NCBI GenBank assembly: GCA_947645535.1
Contig: CANSDD010000001.1
Coordinates: 1-51,561, forward strand
Origin: an uncultured Mycoplasmatota bacterium
GTDB taxonomy: Bacteria; Bacillota_I; Bacilli_A; RF39; UBA660
Direction: 5' to 3'
DNA: 51,561 bases
This document shows, piece after piece, positions 1-8,249 of this stretch. Under the pieces are notes generated by a model that did no database searches, was not told the DNA's origin, and was given only the letters and a program-made list of their open reading frames with translations. Position 1 is the first letter of the stretch. Every line of letters starts with the position of its first letter. Position numbers and translations under genes: made by a program.

Positions 1-4
1 ATAA

Positions 5-621
5 AAAAAGATAATAGTAAAGTATGCTTCCATATGCGAATGTAATTATGATATACCTCTTGTATTTAAAATTTTAATAAGTAGTAACACAAAAATGGTT
101 CCATCTAAAATATTTCAAAATGATGAATTAATAGCTTTGCAAGCCAACTATGAAAAAGGGTTAGAAAAATTGTATGACTTTTTTAATAGATTATTGTCTG
201 ACCAAAAATTATATATTGATGAGTTGAATTTTAAAATACAAAACAATTCTTTGAAACAATAACAGCAGATTATTTTTATCTTGATTGTGCAGAAATTTAT
301 GATATGAATAATATACCAATTAAAGAACAAAATGAGAAATTATTTTTGGAAAGAAATAACCTTGATTTAGAAATAGAAAAATTTTACAAAAATTTAAGTG
401 AGATGATCATGAAATATAAGATTAAGAATAATACTATACCAAATAAAGAAATATTTTTAAATATGCGCAAAGAAAGAGTTAAACAAAAGTTAGAACAAAT
501 AAAAAGGAATTTGATAATATGTTATTTTTGGATTATTGGACAGATGCACTGTACTACGATATTTAGTCTAATATTAAAAAGGAGGGATAGTAATGGGAAA
601 ATATATAACATTAGAGAATGA
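5..621 (+). pseudogene. Frameshifted remnant of a hypothetical coiled-coil gene, probably continuing from upstream of the window
   Basis: One frame is open from 5 to TAA 260-262 (..MVPSKIFQNDELIALQANYEKGLEKLYDFF..). Track ORF 304-621 is open back to 234 with no start or RBS. The two frames overlap at 234-262 and need a 1-nt indel to join. No family recognised. Confidence 0.35.
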
Positions 622-1192
622 TTTCTATGAAATATTTATACCTGAATCTTTACAAGATTATGGAAAAGAAGTAATAAAATATTCCACAGATAAATTAGAA
701 AAATCTTTGCGTTTTTTTAAGGAAGAAAATTATGGTCAAAAAATAAAAGGATCGTTTTTTATGAATCGTGAAGATTTTTTTAATAGAATTAAAATGTTAG
801 ATTCAGCAGCTAATCCTCCAAGTTGGGCTCAGGGATGCTTTTATGGTGGGGAGACGCAAATATTACTTAATCCTGAAAATATATATGATAGATTTTGCAC
901 TCTTGCTCATGAATCATTTCATTTATTATTTCAAAAATTTATATACGAAAAAAATAATATGGATAGAATTGTATGGCTTGATGAATCTTTAGCTGGAAAT
1001 TTTGATGGAACAACTGAAAAAATCATAGAAAATGGCAAATTTTTAAAAATTATAATGAATTTAAAAAATAATCAAAAATTACCTAAAATGAATGAATTAG
1101 AATTTTCTAAAGGAAATATAAAAATGGAAGACTATAGTGGTTATGACTTATTCAAGGTAGTAGGAAGATATTTAATTGAAACAAAAAGTTAG
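593..1192 (+). CDS. HEXXH zinc metallopeptidase-like protein (gluzincin / Peptidase_MA-like), cut short by an in-frame TAG
   Basis: AGGAGG lies 7 nt before the ATG. HEXXH (LAHESFHLLF) is followed by WLDESLAGNF as the third-ligand Glu region. The frame stays open after TAG 1190-1192 up to TAG 1304-1306. Confidence 0.6.
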   Translation: MGKYITLENDFYEIFIPESLQDYGKEVIKYSTDKLEKSLRFFKEENYGQKIKGSFFMNREDFFNRIKMLDSAANPPSWAQGCFYGGETQILLNPENIYDRFCTLAHESFHLLFQKFIYEKNNMDRIVWLDESLAGNFDGTTEKIIENGKFLKIIMNLKNNQKLPKMNELEFSKGNIKMEDYSGYDLFKVVGRYLIETKS

Positions 1193-1456
1193 GATGAACT
1201 ATTAAAATACATAAATGATAAAAGTACAATTATAAATGATGGTAATGTTATATTAGAAACAAGCATAAGATATTTTCTAGAAAAATATAATTTAAGCGAA
1301 AATTAGTAGACATATTTCTTCTTTTATAAGCTTAAATAAAAAGTATAACTATAGAAAAAGTTATGCTAGATGATAAAAATATTGAGAATTTAATTTTAAT
1401 CTCATTCCTAGTATTTAATGTTTATCAATACTTTTTTAGTGATTATTATAAGATAA

Positions 1457-1485
1457 TTGACTAATTTTTCTAAATATTGTACAAT
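1457..1485 (+). promoter_or_regulatory. Sigma-A type promoter TTGACT-17-TACAAT
   Basis: TTGACT at 1457-1462, a 17-nt spacer, then TACAAT at 1480-1485. It sits about 25 nt before the ATG at 1510. Confidence 0.6.
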
Positions 1486-1509
1486 GCTCAACTAGAAATG
1501 AGGAAGATT

Positions 1510-2037
1510 ATGAGCAAGCAAAAAAGAAACTTTATTAACTTTTGGGAATTTTTAGAAATACCAATGAATTCACCAATTAAAAATATTAAATTAGCATTCT
1601 ATAGCAAATTTAATAAAATAGAACATTCTATCACTAGTGGAGAGAATCATTATTCACTAGAAGATTTAAACACATGCATTAGTGCTTATGAAACATTAAG
1701 TAATCCATATTCTAGATTTTTACATAATTGTGAAATAGATGGTGAGGAACCACCAAGAGATATAGATTGGGATGATTATTTTGAAGTTGATGGAAAAGCA
1801 GATGTAGATTTATCAGAAGAAGAAATTCAATATTTTCTTCTTTGGTTACAGTTAAAAGTGGTACGTTATGACTCACTAATGAATATAGTACTTGAAGAAA
1901 AAAATACTACAGATAAAAAGTTAGATATTACAATTGAAACTTTTAGAGAGATGGTAAGTAGATTATATCAAATATTTATGAGAGAACAAGAAAAGAATGA
2001 ACAAAAAGAAAAAAGTAAAAAGAAACTATATAACTAA
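1510..2037 (+). CDS. Hypothetical protein with a degenerate J-domain-like N-terminus
   Basis: GAGGA lies 5 nt before ATG 1510; the track start 1477 is a TTG inside the promoter. NFWEFLEIP..IKLAFYSKF..AYETLSNPYSRFLHN resembles J-domain helices, but there is no HPD tripeptide. The middle is acidic and the tail is K/E-rich. Confidence 0.55.
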   Translation: MSKQKRNFINFWEFLEIPMNSPIKNIKLAFYSKFNKIEHSITSGENHYSLEDLNTCISAYETLSNPYSRFLHNCEIDGEEPPRDIDWDDYFEVDGKADVDLSEEEIQYFLLWLQLKVVRYDSLMNIVLEEKNTTDKKLDITIETFREMVSRLYQIFMREQEKNEQKEKSKKKLYN

Positions 2038-2112
2038 TGATTGATGTATTATAAAGTTGGCATTTATTGCTAGCTATTTTTTAAGAATTAAATTTGATTA
2101 TGGTGGTGCTAG

Positions 2113-2592
2113 ATGTCTAAAATTAGTAATGTACTTATAATGCTTGAATATTTAAGTTCAGGAAGAAAATATAGTATAAAAGAATTATCTGAAAAAATAG
2201 AAGTAAGTCCTAGGATGATTCGTGTTTATAAAGAAGAAATAGAAAAAGCAGGAATTTATATTGATACAATAAAAGGACCTTATGGTGGATATGTTTTAAA
2301 TCAAAATATCAATGTTCCCAAAAGATTTATTATGCCTAATAATATAAATGTAGAAAATAACGAAGTCTTGAATTTAGTTAATCGTTCTATAAAAGAAAAA
2401 AGAAAATGCTATATAGAATATTATTCGAAAGACAAAAAGATGATTACAGAAAGAACTATTCATCCATATGATTTAATTTTAATTGGGAATGAATGGGGAG
2501 TAGCTGCTTATTGTGAAGTGAAAGATGAGATAAGGCATTTTTATATAAATCGAATAAAAAAAATAGAACTATTAGAAAACTTTTATAACTGA
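2113..2592 (+). CDS. Short HTH-WYL transcriptional regulator (YafY-like)
   Basis: GGTGGTG RBS. N-terminal HTH (KYSIKELSEKIEVSPRMIRVYKEEIEKAGIYIDTIKGPYGGYVL), then a WYL-type core (ERTIHPYDLILIGNEWGVAAYC..RHFYINRIKKIELL). It is only 159 aa. Confidence 0.75.
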   Translation: MSKISNVLIMLEYLSSGRKYSIKELSEKIEVSPRMIRVYKEEIEKAGIYIDTIKGPYGGYVLNQNINVPKRFIMPNNINVENNEVLNLVNRSIKEKRKCYIEYYSKDKKMITERTIHPYDLILIGNEWGVAAYCEVKDEIRHFYINRIKKIELLENFYN

Positions 2593-2603
2593 CAGATATA
2601 TTT

Positions 2604-2647
2604 CCTCTTCTGTTGCTACAATGTAATTAGCAAAGGAGAGGTTTTTT
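2604..2647 (+). terminator. Intrinsic terminator of the WYL gene
   Basis: cctcttctgttgct (2604-2617) pairs with agcaaaggagagg (2629-2641) with one bulge, followed by T6. Confidence 0.7.
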
Positions 2648-2676
2648 ATAAAGTAAATTTAGAAATATATCATAAT

Positions 2677-3204
2677 TTGGTTGTGATTTCTACAAGTGGA
2701 AAGACAAGGAGTAGGAGAAGCATTAACGAATTTTCAAGGGAAAGAAATATCTAATTTGTAAAAACAAAAAAGGCAGATTACAAAGTAATTTCTTAGCAAA
2801 ATGAATTTTATGAAAGAGAAAAAAGTTTTATTTCTTTGATTGTATGTTTAGGTACAATTACCTTATTTCTTGATAAAGATACATCTTTACTGCAAATAAT
2901 GAGTGGGTATTAAACTCCAATATCTAGTAGTATTTTAGAATCTAATTTAATAGAGGCTGAACTTTGTGCTTCAGCAATTCATGATAAAGGTTCTTTTTGT
3001 CATGAGAGAAGTAATTTATTGTTTAGATTATCCTAAAGGTCATATTGCTTATTTAATACGGAATTAAAAGAGTTAGATTATTTATCTGTTCAGTCTATAA
3101 GTAATGAATATCCTAATTTGACTATATTTAAAACTTCTGATTTATATGAAAATATATTTTGGAAAGAATATTATCTAATACTTCAAATGTATTTTTTTCT
3201 TTAG
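2677..3204 (+). pseudogene. Relic coding frame with four internal stops; family not recognised
   Basis: A single frame of 176 codons is interrupted only by TAA 2752, TAG 2794, TAA 2911 and TAA 3034, and ends at TAG 3202. A random frame in DNA this AT-rich should hit a stop roughly every dozen codons. Confidence 0.4.
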
Positions 3205-3299
3205 GAAGATAGATGCTAGCAAAAATATGGATTTAACTTAACTAGAATGTAATTCAAAACTTGTAAAAAAAATATATAATTTTAAAGGAGGAATGTAGT

Positions 3300-3917
3300 A
3301 TGGAAAAACTAATATTTGCAACAGGAAATATCAATAAAGGATTTGAAATTGAAGAAAGATTTAATAGAGAACGAATACCGATTGAAATTGTAAAAATAGA
3401 TTTTAATGAACCAGAATTAAATGATATAACTACTGTCTCAAAACGCAAAGCAATAGAAGCTTATCAAATTTTAGAAAAACCTTGTTTTGTAATTGATTCT
3501 GGATTCAATATTTATAATTATCCTAATAATCCTGGATATCCTGGTGCTTTTGTAAGACGAAGTGGGATATCTAAAGACATAGATGGATTATTAAATACTT
3601 TAAAAGATGTTAAAGATAGAAGGTGCCAGTTTTTAGATTGTTTGACTTTCTATGATGGGACAGAATTTTATTGTTTTTATGGAAAAGATGAAGGAACTAT
3701 AACATATGAAAAAAGAGGAAAAGAAAATAAAGCAATGCGTTCAGCTTTGTGGTATGTATTTCAGCCAAAAGAATCTGTTAAAACACTAGCAGAAATGACT
3801 GATGAAGAAAGAATAAAGCGAAAAGATGGGCATATCTCAGCAAAAGAGCAATTTATAGAGTGGTATCAAAAGAATTATAAGAGTGTGAAAAAATTAGTAA
3901 AAGAGAAAAATATATAA
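3300..3917 (+). CDS. Non-canonical purine NTP pyrophosphatase (Ham1/RdgB/ITPase family)
   Basis: AGGAGG RBS. The N-terminal FATGNINKGFEI motif, NEPE and VIDSGF segments are typical of the Ham1 family. Confidence 0.7.
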   Translation: MEKLIFATGNINKGFEIEERFNRERIPIEIVKIDFNEPELNDITTVSKRKAIEAYQILEKPCFVIDSGFNIYNYPNNPGYPGAFVRRSGISKDIDGLLNTLKDVKDRRCQFLDCLTFYDGTEFYCFYGKDEGTITYEKRGKENKAMRSALWYVFQPKESVKTLAEMTDEERIKRKDGHISAKEQFIEWYQKNYKSVKKLVKEKNI

Positions 3918-4012
3918 TATGGATATAGTTAATTATTAAATTATTACTAACTATTTTTTGAAATATTGTCGCATTTATGTTATTATATTATACATTTAAA
4001 GAAGAAAAAATT

Positions 4013-4096
4013 ATGAATTTTTTAATAGGAAGTTCTATTAAAATAGATGAATATATAGATAAAATAAAACAATTAAAAAGGAATTTGAAACTATAA
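4013..4096 (+). CDS. Possible 27-aa small ORF or small transcript
   Basis: TTGAAA-17-TATTAT at 3958-3986. ATG 4013 gives MNFLIGSSIKIDEYIDKIKQLKRNLKL and ends 5 nt before the terminator hairpin. The SD is weak. Confidence 0.25.
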   Translation: MNFLIGSSIKIDEYIDKIKQLKRNLKL

Positions 4097-4100
4097 AAAT

Positions 4101-4127
4101 GAGAAGCTTATTTGGCTTCTCGTTTTA
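4101..4127. terminator. Bidirectional hairpin terminator
   Basis: gagaagc (4101-4107) pairs with gcttctc (4115-4121), flanked by an A-run and a T-run. The srtB stop codon lies in the loop. Confidence 0.65.
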
Positions 4128-5436
4128 TTAATTTGGCATGTAATACAACTTTATCTGTGTCATCATAACAAGTAGAAAGTGTTAGGATTTTATCAGTAGA
4201 ACTTATGATAGTGTTAAAATCATGCTCGCTTCTACTAAGTAATTTATTTGTAAAATTTGTAAATTCTTCTTCATCTTTAAAATTGATTTTTAAGTAATCA
4301 TTTGTTGTAGGTATTTTATAGACACTAAACACTTGCCACAATGTATTTTCGTATTCAGTAGATAGTTTAATAATATAGTTGTTAGGATTATCAATCCAAC
4401 TACTTTTTATAATATTTTTTAAAGAACCAAACATTGTATTATCTAATCTTCCATGAGCATAAATAATTGTGTTTTTATTAAAACTTGAAATGCTATTTCG
4501 ATAATCCATGAACACCCAACCAGCAGAATTATAGCTTTTATTAAAAGCATGAGATAGATAATAATCATTATCTGTTGTTTGAACAAAAGGATAGTTAATA
4601 TTTGTACCATTCACTTGTATCCAACCAGCTACTTCATTATTTGTTTGCTTTAATTCAGTAAAATCAACGTTAATCAAATTCATTTTAATATAATCCCAAT
4701 AAGGATTTGCTTTATCAATTTCTTCTACTGGTTCAATAACTTCTACAGCCTCGCTATCAGGAACTTCTTCTACTTCAGATTTCTGTTCAATTTCAGTAAC
4801 TTGTTTTTCAATTTCTTTATTTTCTTTTTTCCACACAAATATATGACTTGCTGAGACAACTAATCCACTAATACAAATAATAAATAAAAGAATAACTATG
4901 ATATTTATTATTTTTTTGCCTTTAGCCTTTTTATCTTTTACTATTGTTGAATCTACTTTTGTTTTAATCTGTTTATGAGACTGAGGCTTAGACTTTGGTG
5001 TTTTTCTTTTTTCTACTTTTTTCGTTTGATTAGTATTGGAAATTGATTTTTCTATTGCTTTTTGTTTCTTGTCTTTTTTAGAACTTTGTTGTTCTTTCTT
5101 TTTTACGATTTCCTTTTTCTTTTCTTTAGTAGGAGTAAGCGGTTCTTTTATTTCAAAAGTATTTCTTTTGGATTTAGCAAGAGTTGTTTTTTCTTTGAGA
5201 TTGGAATCTAATTTTGTTTTCTCGTTATTAGAAACTTTGCTTTTTATATTATCTGTTGCTTCTTTCGATATAACTATATTTTTCTTGTTAGTATTATTGG
5301 TGTTTGTTGTTTTCTTTTTAGTGTTTGAACTATTTCCTTTCTTTTTAGAATTTGAAATCTTATTTTTACTTTGATTTTTGTTTTTTGATGTTACAACTTT
5401 TTGCACAACTTTCATATTTATTTTTTTCTTTTCCAT
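4108..5436 (-). CDS. srtB: Class B sortase with a long polybasic N-terminal extension
   Basis: TLSTCY catalytic-Cys motif, IIYAHG His region, and an SrtB-like core (AGWIQVNGTNINYPFVQ). A single TM (IINIIVILLFIICISGLVV) follows about 175 K/N/S/T-rich residues. Confidence 0.85.
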   Translation of the reverse strand: MEKKKINMKVVQKVVTSKNKNQSKNKISNSKKKGNSSNTKKKTTNTNNTNKKNIVISKEATDNIKSKVSNNEKTKLDSNLKEKTTLAKSKRNTFEIKEPLTPTKEKKKEIVKKKEQQSSKKDKKQKAIEKSISNTNQTKKVEKRKTPKSKPQSHKQIKTKVDSTIVKDKKAKGKKIINIIVILLFIICISGLVVSASHIFVWKKENKEIEKQVTEIEQKSEVEEVPDSEAVEVIEPVEEIDKANPYWDYIKMNLINVDFTELKQTNNEVAGWIQVNGTNINYPFVQTTDNDYYLSHAFNKSYNSAGWVFMDYRNSISSFNKNTIIYAHGRLDNTMFGSLKNIIKSSWIDNPNNYIIKLSTEYENTLWQVFSVYKIPTTNDYLKINFKDEEEFTNFTNKLLSRSEHDFNTIISSTDKILTLSTCYDDTDKVVLHAKLIKREAK

Positions 5437-5755
5437 AATGCATCACAACAGGTATTATACCATCAATTTAGAGAAATTCCATATAAATTTATAGAAAAAT
5501 CAAATATAAAATTGCAATATTTTCAATTATTTATATAGTCATTTAAGAAAATGCTAAATAATTTGTCGAATTTGGGAAAATAATCTTGATTTTTGAATAT
5601 ATTTGTATTAGAATATTTGGTACAAATCACGTAAGTTCAATGTATTAACTTTGAAATTATGATAAAACTATTATCAGGGGGGTTATATGTTGTACGAAGG
5701 TATCCCATATTAGTGGTTTGAATTGAGATTTATAATTTTAAAAGGAGGAAGAAAA

Positions 5756-7258
5756 ATGAAAAAAGGGATAAGATTATTCGCTGCTTTAGTAGCAACATTT
5801 ATGTTAGCTATGACAGGGGCAAAAGCAGATGATGCAGTTACAAACAATGTAATACTTGATAGTGCTACAAGTGAATTAGGTGGAACAACAACTGTAACAT
5901 TTAAAGAGGAAAAAGATGGAGTTAATTATTATAGTGTAAAAATTGTTGCTGATGAAAATTCAAAAACAAGTATTTTAAGTGCTACATCTGACAAAATATT
6001 TACAATTACTCCAGATTTCAACGATGCTGGTGCAGGAACTAAATATGAAGTAAACTCTGTTGAACAAAATGATACTGCATTTTCAGTTGGAACTATTTCT
6101 GTAGATTATAGTACAGATGGTGGAGTTACTTGGAATCAGTTAGAAAGTAATGATATTACTACTACTATTGAAGCAGCTATTAAAGCAAAAGTAGGAGAGA
6201 AAACATTAGAATATGGAGTAGACTATCGTTTTAGTGTTCAACCTGGATCAAAAGCATCAGTTGTAGAATATGCGTATACAGATAATAATGGTGATACAGT
6301 TAAAACTTCTATTAGTTTGGAATATGAAATCATTTTCCCAGTATCAGGAAATTTAGTTGTTGGAGAAAATGATGTTCAACAAGTATATTACCCAACATTA
6401 GAAGTAGCACTTAATAGTGTGTCTGATGAAATTACAATCAATAATAACTATACTATAACTACAGGAAATAGTGTAGAATTACCAGAAGGAAAAAGAATTA
6501 TAATTGCTTCAGGAGTAAAAGTAACTGTAGAGACAAGAGCTTCATTAACAAATAATGCATCTCTTCAAGTACAAAATGGAGGAAGTATTGTTATTGAGGG
6601 AACAGGAACTTTAGATAATGAAGATAATTTAACAAACTATGGTACTATTACTAGTGCTACAGAAATTGAAAATAATGGTTATTTATATAACAATAATACT
6701 ATTACAGGAAGTGTTTTTGTTGGTGAAGAAGGCGAACTTTACAATGATGATAATGGTACTATAGTAGGAACTTTAACAAATGATGGATTAGTTTACAATT
6801 ATGGAGAAATCGATGGAGACTTAATTAGTGATGGTGAAGTTTACGATGCTGGAAATATTACAGGAGACATCAAAGATTCAGAAGGTAATATTTATCATTT
6901 TATCAATGTACTTGACTCAGTAAATGGTAGCATTTATGCACCTTACAATATGTCAACTGTTGGAAGTAAAGTTATGCTACTTGTTTATGAAGAAGAAGGA
7001 TATGAATTGTCTACATTAAAAGTAGTATATCAAAAAGATGGTAAAACTGTAGAAGTGGCAGTAAATAAAGAAACACTTGATGATTATACATACTATACAT
7101 TTGAAATGCCAGATGCTGAAGTAGAAGTATCAGGAACATTTGTAGAAATTAAAAATCCAAATACTGTTGATAATATTTCTACATATTATGTAAGTGGAAT
7201 TATTTCACTATTTGGATTAGCAGGACTATCACTTTATTCTAAAAAAAGAATGAACTAA
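5756..7258 (+). CDS. Cell-surface protein with a signal peptide, beta-helix-like N-x-G repeats and a C-terminal sorting signal (NPNTV)
   Basis: AGGAGG RBS before ATG 5756. Signal peptide MKKGIRLFAALVATFMLAMTGAKA. The C-terminus is NPNTV (7154-7168), then a hydrophobic stretch, then KKR. The gene is divergent from srtB. Confidence 0.8.
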   Translation: MKKGIRLFAALVATFMLAMTGAKADDAVTNNVILDSATSELGGTTTVTFKEEKDGVNYYSVKIVADENSKTSILSATSDKIFTITPDFNDAGAGTKYEVNSVEQNDTAFSVGTISVDYSTDGGVTWNQLESNDITTTIEAAIKAKVGEKTLEYGVDYRFSVQPGSKASVVEYAYTDNNGDTVKTSISLEYEIIFPVSGNLVVGENDVQQVYYPTLEVALNSVSDEITINNNYTITTGNSVELPEGKRIIIASGVKVTVETRASLTNNASLQVQNGGSIVIEGTGTLDNEDNLTNYGTITSATEIENNGYLYNNNTITGSVFVGEEGELYNDDNGTIVGTLTNDGLVYNYGEIDGDLISDGEVYDAGNITGDIKDSEGNIYHFINVLDSVNGSIYAPYNMSTVGSKVMLLVYEEEGYELSTLKVVYQKDGKTVEVAVNKETLDDYTYYTFEMPDAEVEVSGTFVEIKNPNTVDNISTYYVSGIISLFGLAGLSLYSKKRMN

Positions 7259-7274
7259 ATCTCTTATTTCATTA

Positions 7275-7322
7275 AAGTATAATTTAAGATTATGAATATA
7301 ACATCTAGATTATACTTTTTTC
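7275..7322 (+). terminator. Probable terminator of the surface-protein gene
   Basis: aagtataat (7275-7283) pairs with attatactt (7309-7317), followed by a T-run. The loop is long. Confidence 0.45.
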
Positions 7323-7421
7323 TCGTTAAAGAAATAATTATGCTTCAAAATGAACCTTGTCAAAAATGATATCTATTAAATATATAAAATAAATAGATGT
7401 TTTTGCAGAAGGATTGAGATA

Positions 7422-7922
7422 ATGAAAAATAATTTATCAAACTTAATGAGTATTGTATCTGGTGAAGAAAGAAAATTTAATAATTCTGGATATGATTTAA
7501 ATGCATATGTTTATAATATTTTAGTTTAAGAATTAAATGGAACTTTAAATATTATTGAAGATTACAAAAAAGATTTTTCTCAGATATTAAAAGAATATCA
7601 AGAAACACAAGCGAAAATTACTAAAATGAAAACAACCATTTATAAAAGAAATAATTCATTAAAATTACCAGATGGAAGAACAATTCAGTAGGCACTTGTT
7701 GATAATACTAATTTACAAAAAATGAAAATAGTAGACTTAGAACTTCTTTCTAAAACAAAAAAGAAAATTACAGAAGTCCATAATTTTTACTTTGAGTGAA
7801 AAACAGTAAACTTCGATGTGGGAGTTTTAAAACAAGAATATCAAGTGTTAGAATAAAAGATACAAGATATTGAGTTTGAAATATCAAAACTAAATTCAAT
7901 AGAATTTAAAATAGATATTTAA
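7422..7922 (+). pseudogene. Coiled-coil hypothetical gene inactivated by four in-frame stops with no frameshift
   Basis: GAAGGA RBS and ATG 7422. One frame of 167 codons is interrupted by TAA 7527, TAG 7689, TGA 7797 and TAA 7854, and ends at TAA 7920. Confidence 0.6.
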
Positions 7923-8163
7923 AAGGTGTTTACTAAGTTATTTTGTAAGATAAATGAGAACAATTTAATAGTCTTACTATTTTTTTAATTTTAGTGAGAA
8001 AATGAAAGTAAGTGATAGATTTTTAAAATTCCATCTCTTTTAGAGATTTACTGCTATTACAAATTATATTTTTGTTATAATTCACACTTTTCATATAATA
8101 TTTATATTAAAATATATAAATGAAAAAAATTTAGATGTTATTTTAATGTAAAGAGAGGAAGTG

Positions 8164-8194
8164 CCTTACTATTTAGGTAGTAGGAACTTTTTTT
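8164..8194 (+). terminator. Hairpin plus T7 upstream of the ABC operon promoter
   Basis: ccttacta pairs with tagtagg (one bulge), then aac and ttttttt. Confidence 0.45.
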
Positions 8195-8249
8195 GATGCT
8201 TGTTCATTTTTACATCTTATAGTATAATAAAATAAGCAAGGAGGAAATT

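Noticed and set aside
2113-3204. Reading the WYL regulator and the downstream relic frame (2677-3204) as one long disrupted YafY-type gene, because they happen to be in the same frame.
   Set aside because: A strong hairpin plus T6 terminator (2604-2647) sits between them. The intervening translation (QIYFLFCCYNVISKGEVFY..) is not domain-like. Sharing a frame has a one-in-three chance.
148-3448. Track ORFs 148-330(-) and 3254-3448(-).
   Set aside because: They are antisense to coding-like plus-strand frames (the frameshifted 5' gene and the ITPase gene, which has AGGAGG). They have no RBS and a low-complexity composition.
5036-5374. Track ORF of 112 aa on the plus strand.
   Set aside because: It lies entirely antisense to the lysine-rich part of srtB. 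Its F/L/S-rich translation is the mirror image of AAA/AAG-rich coding sequence, and it has no RBS.
4912-5436. A tandem-repeat or minisatellite structure in the lysine-rich region of srtB.
   Set aside because: The region is compositionally biased, but I could not find a repeating unit of fixed length. It is low-complexity coding sequence rather than a repeat array.
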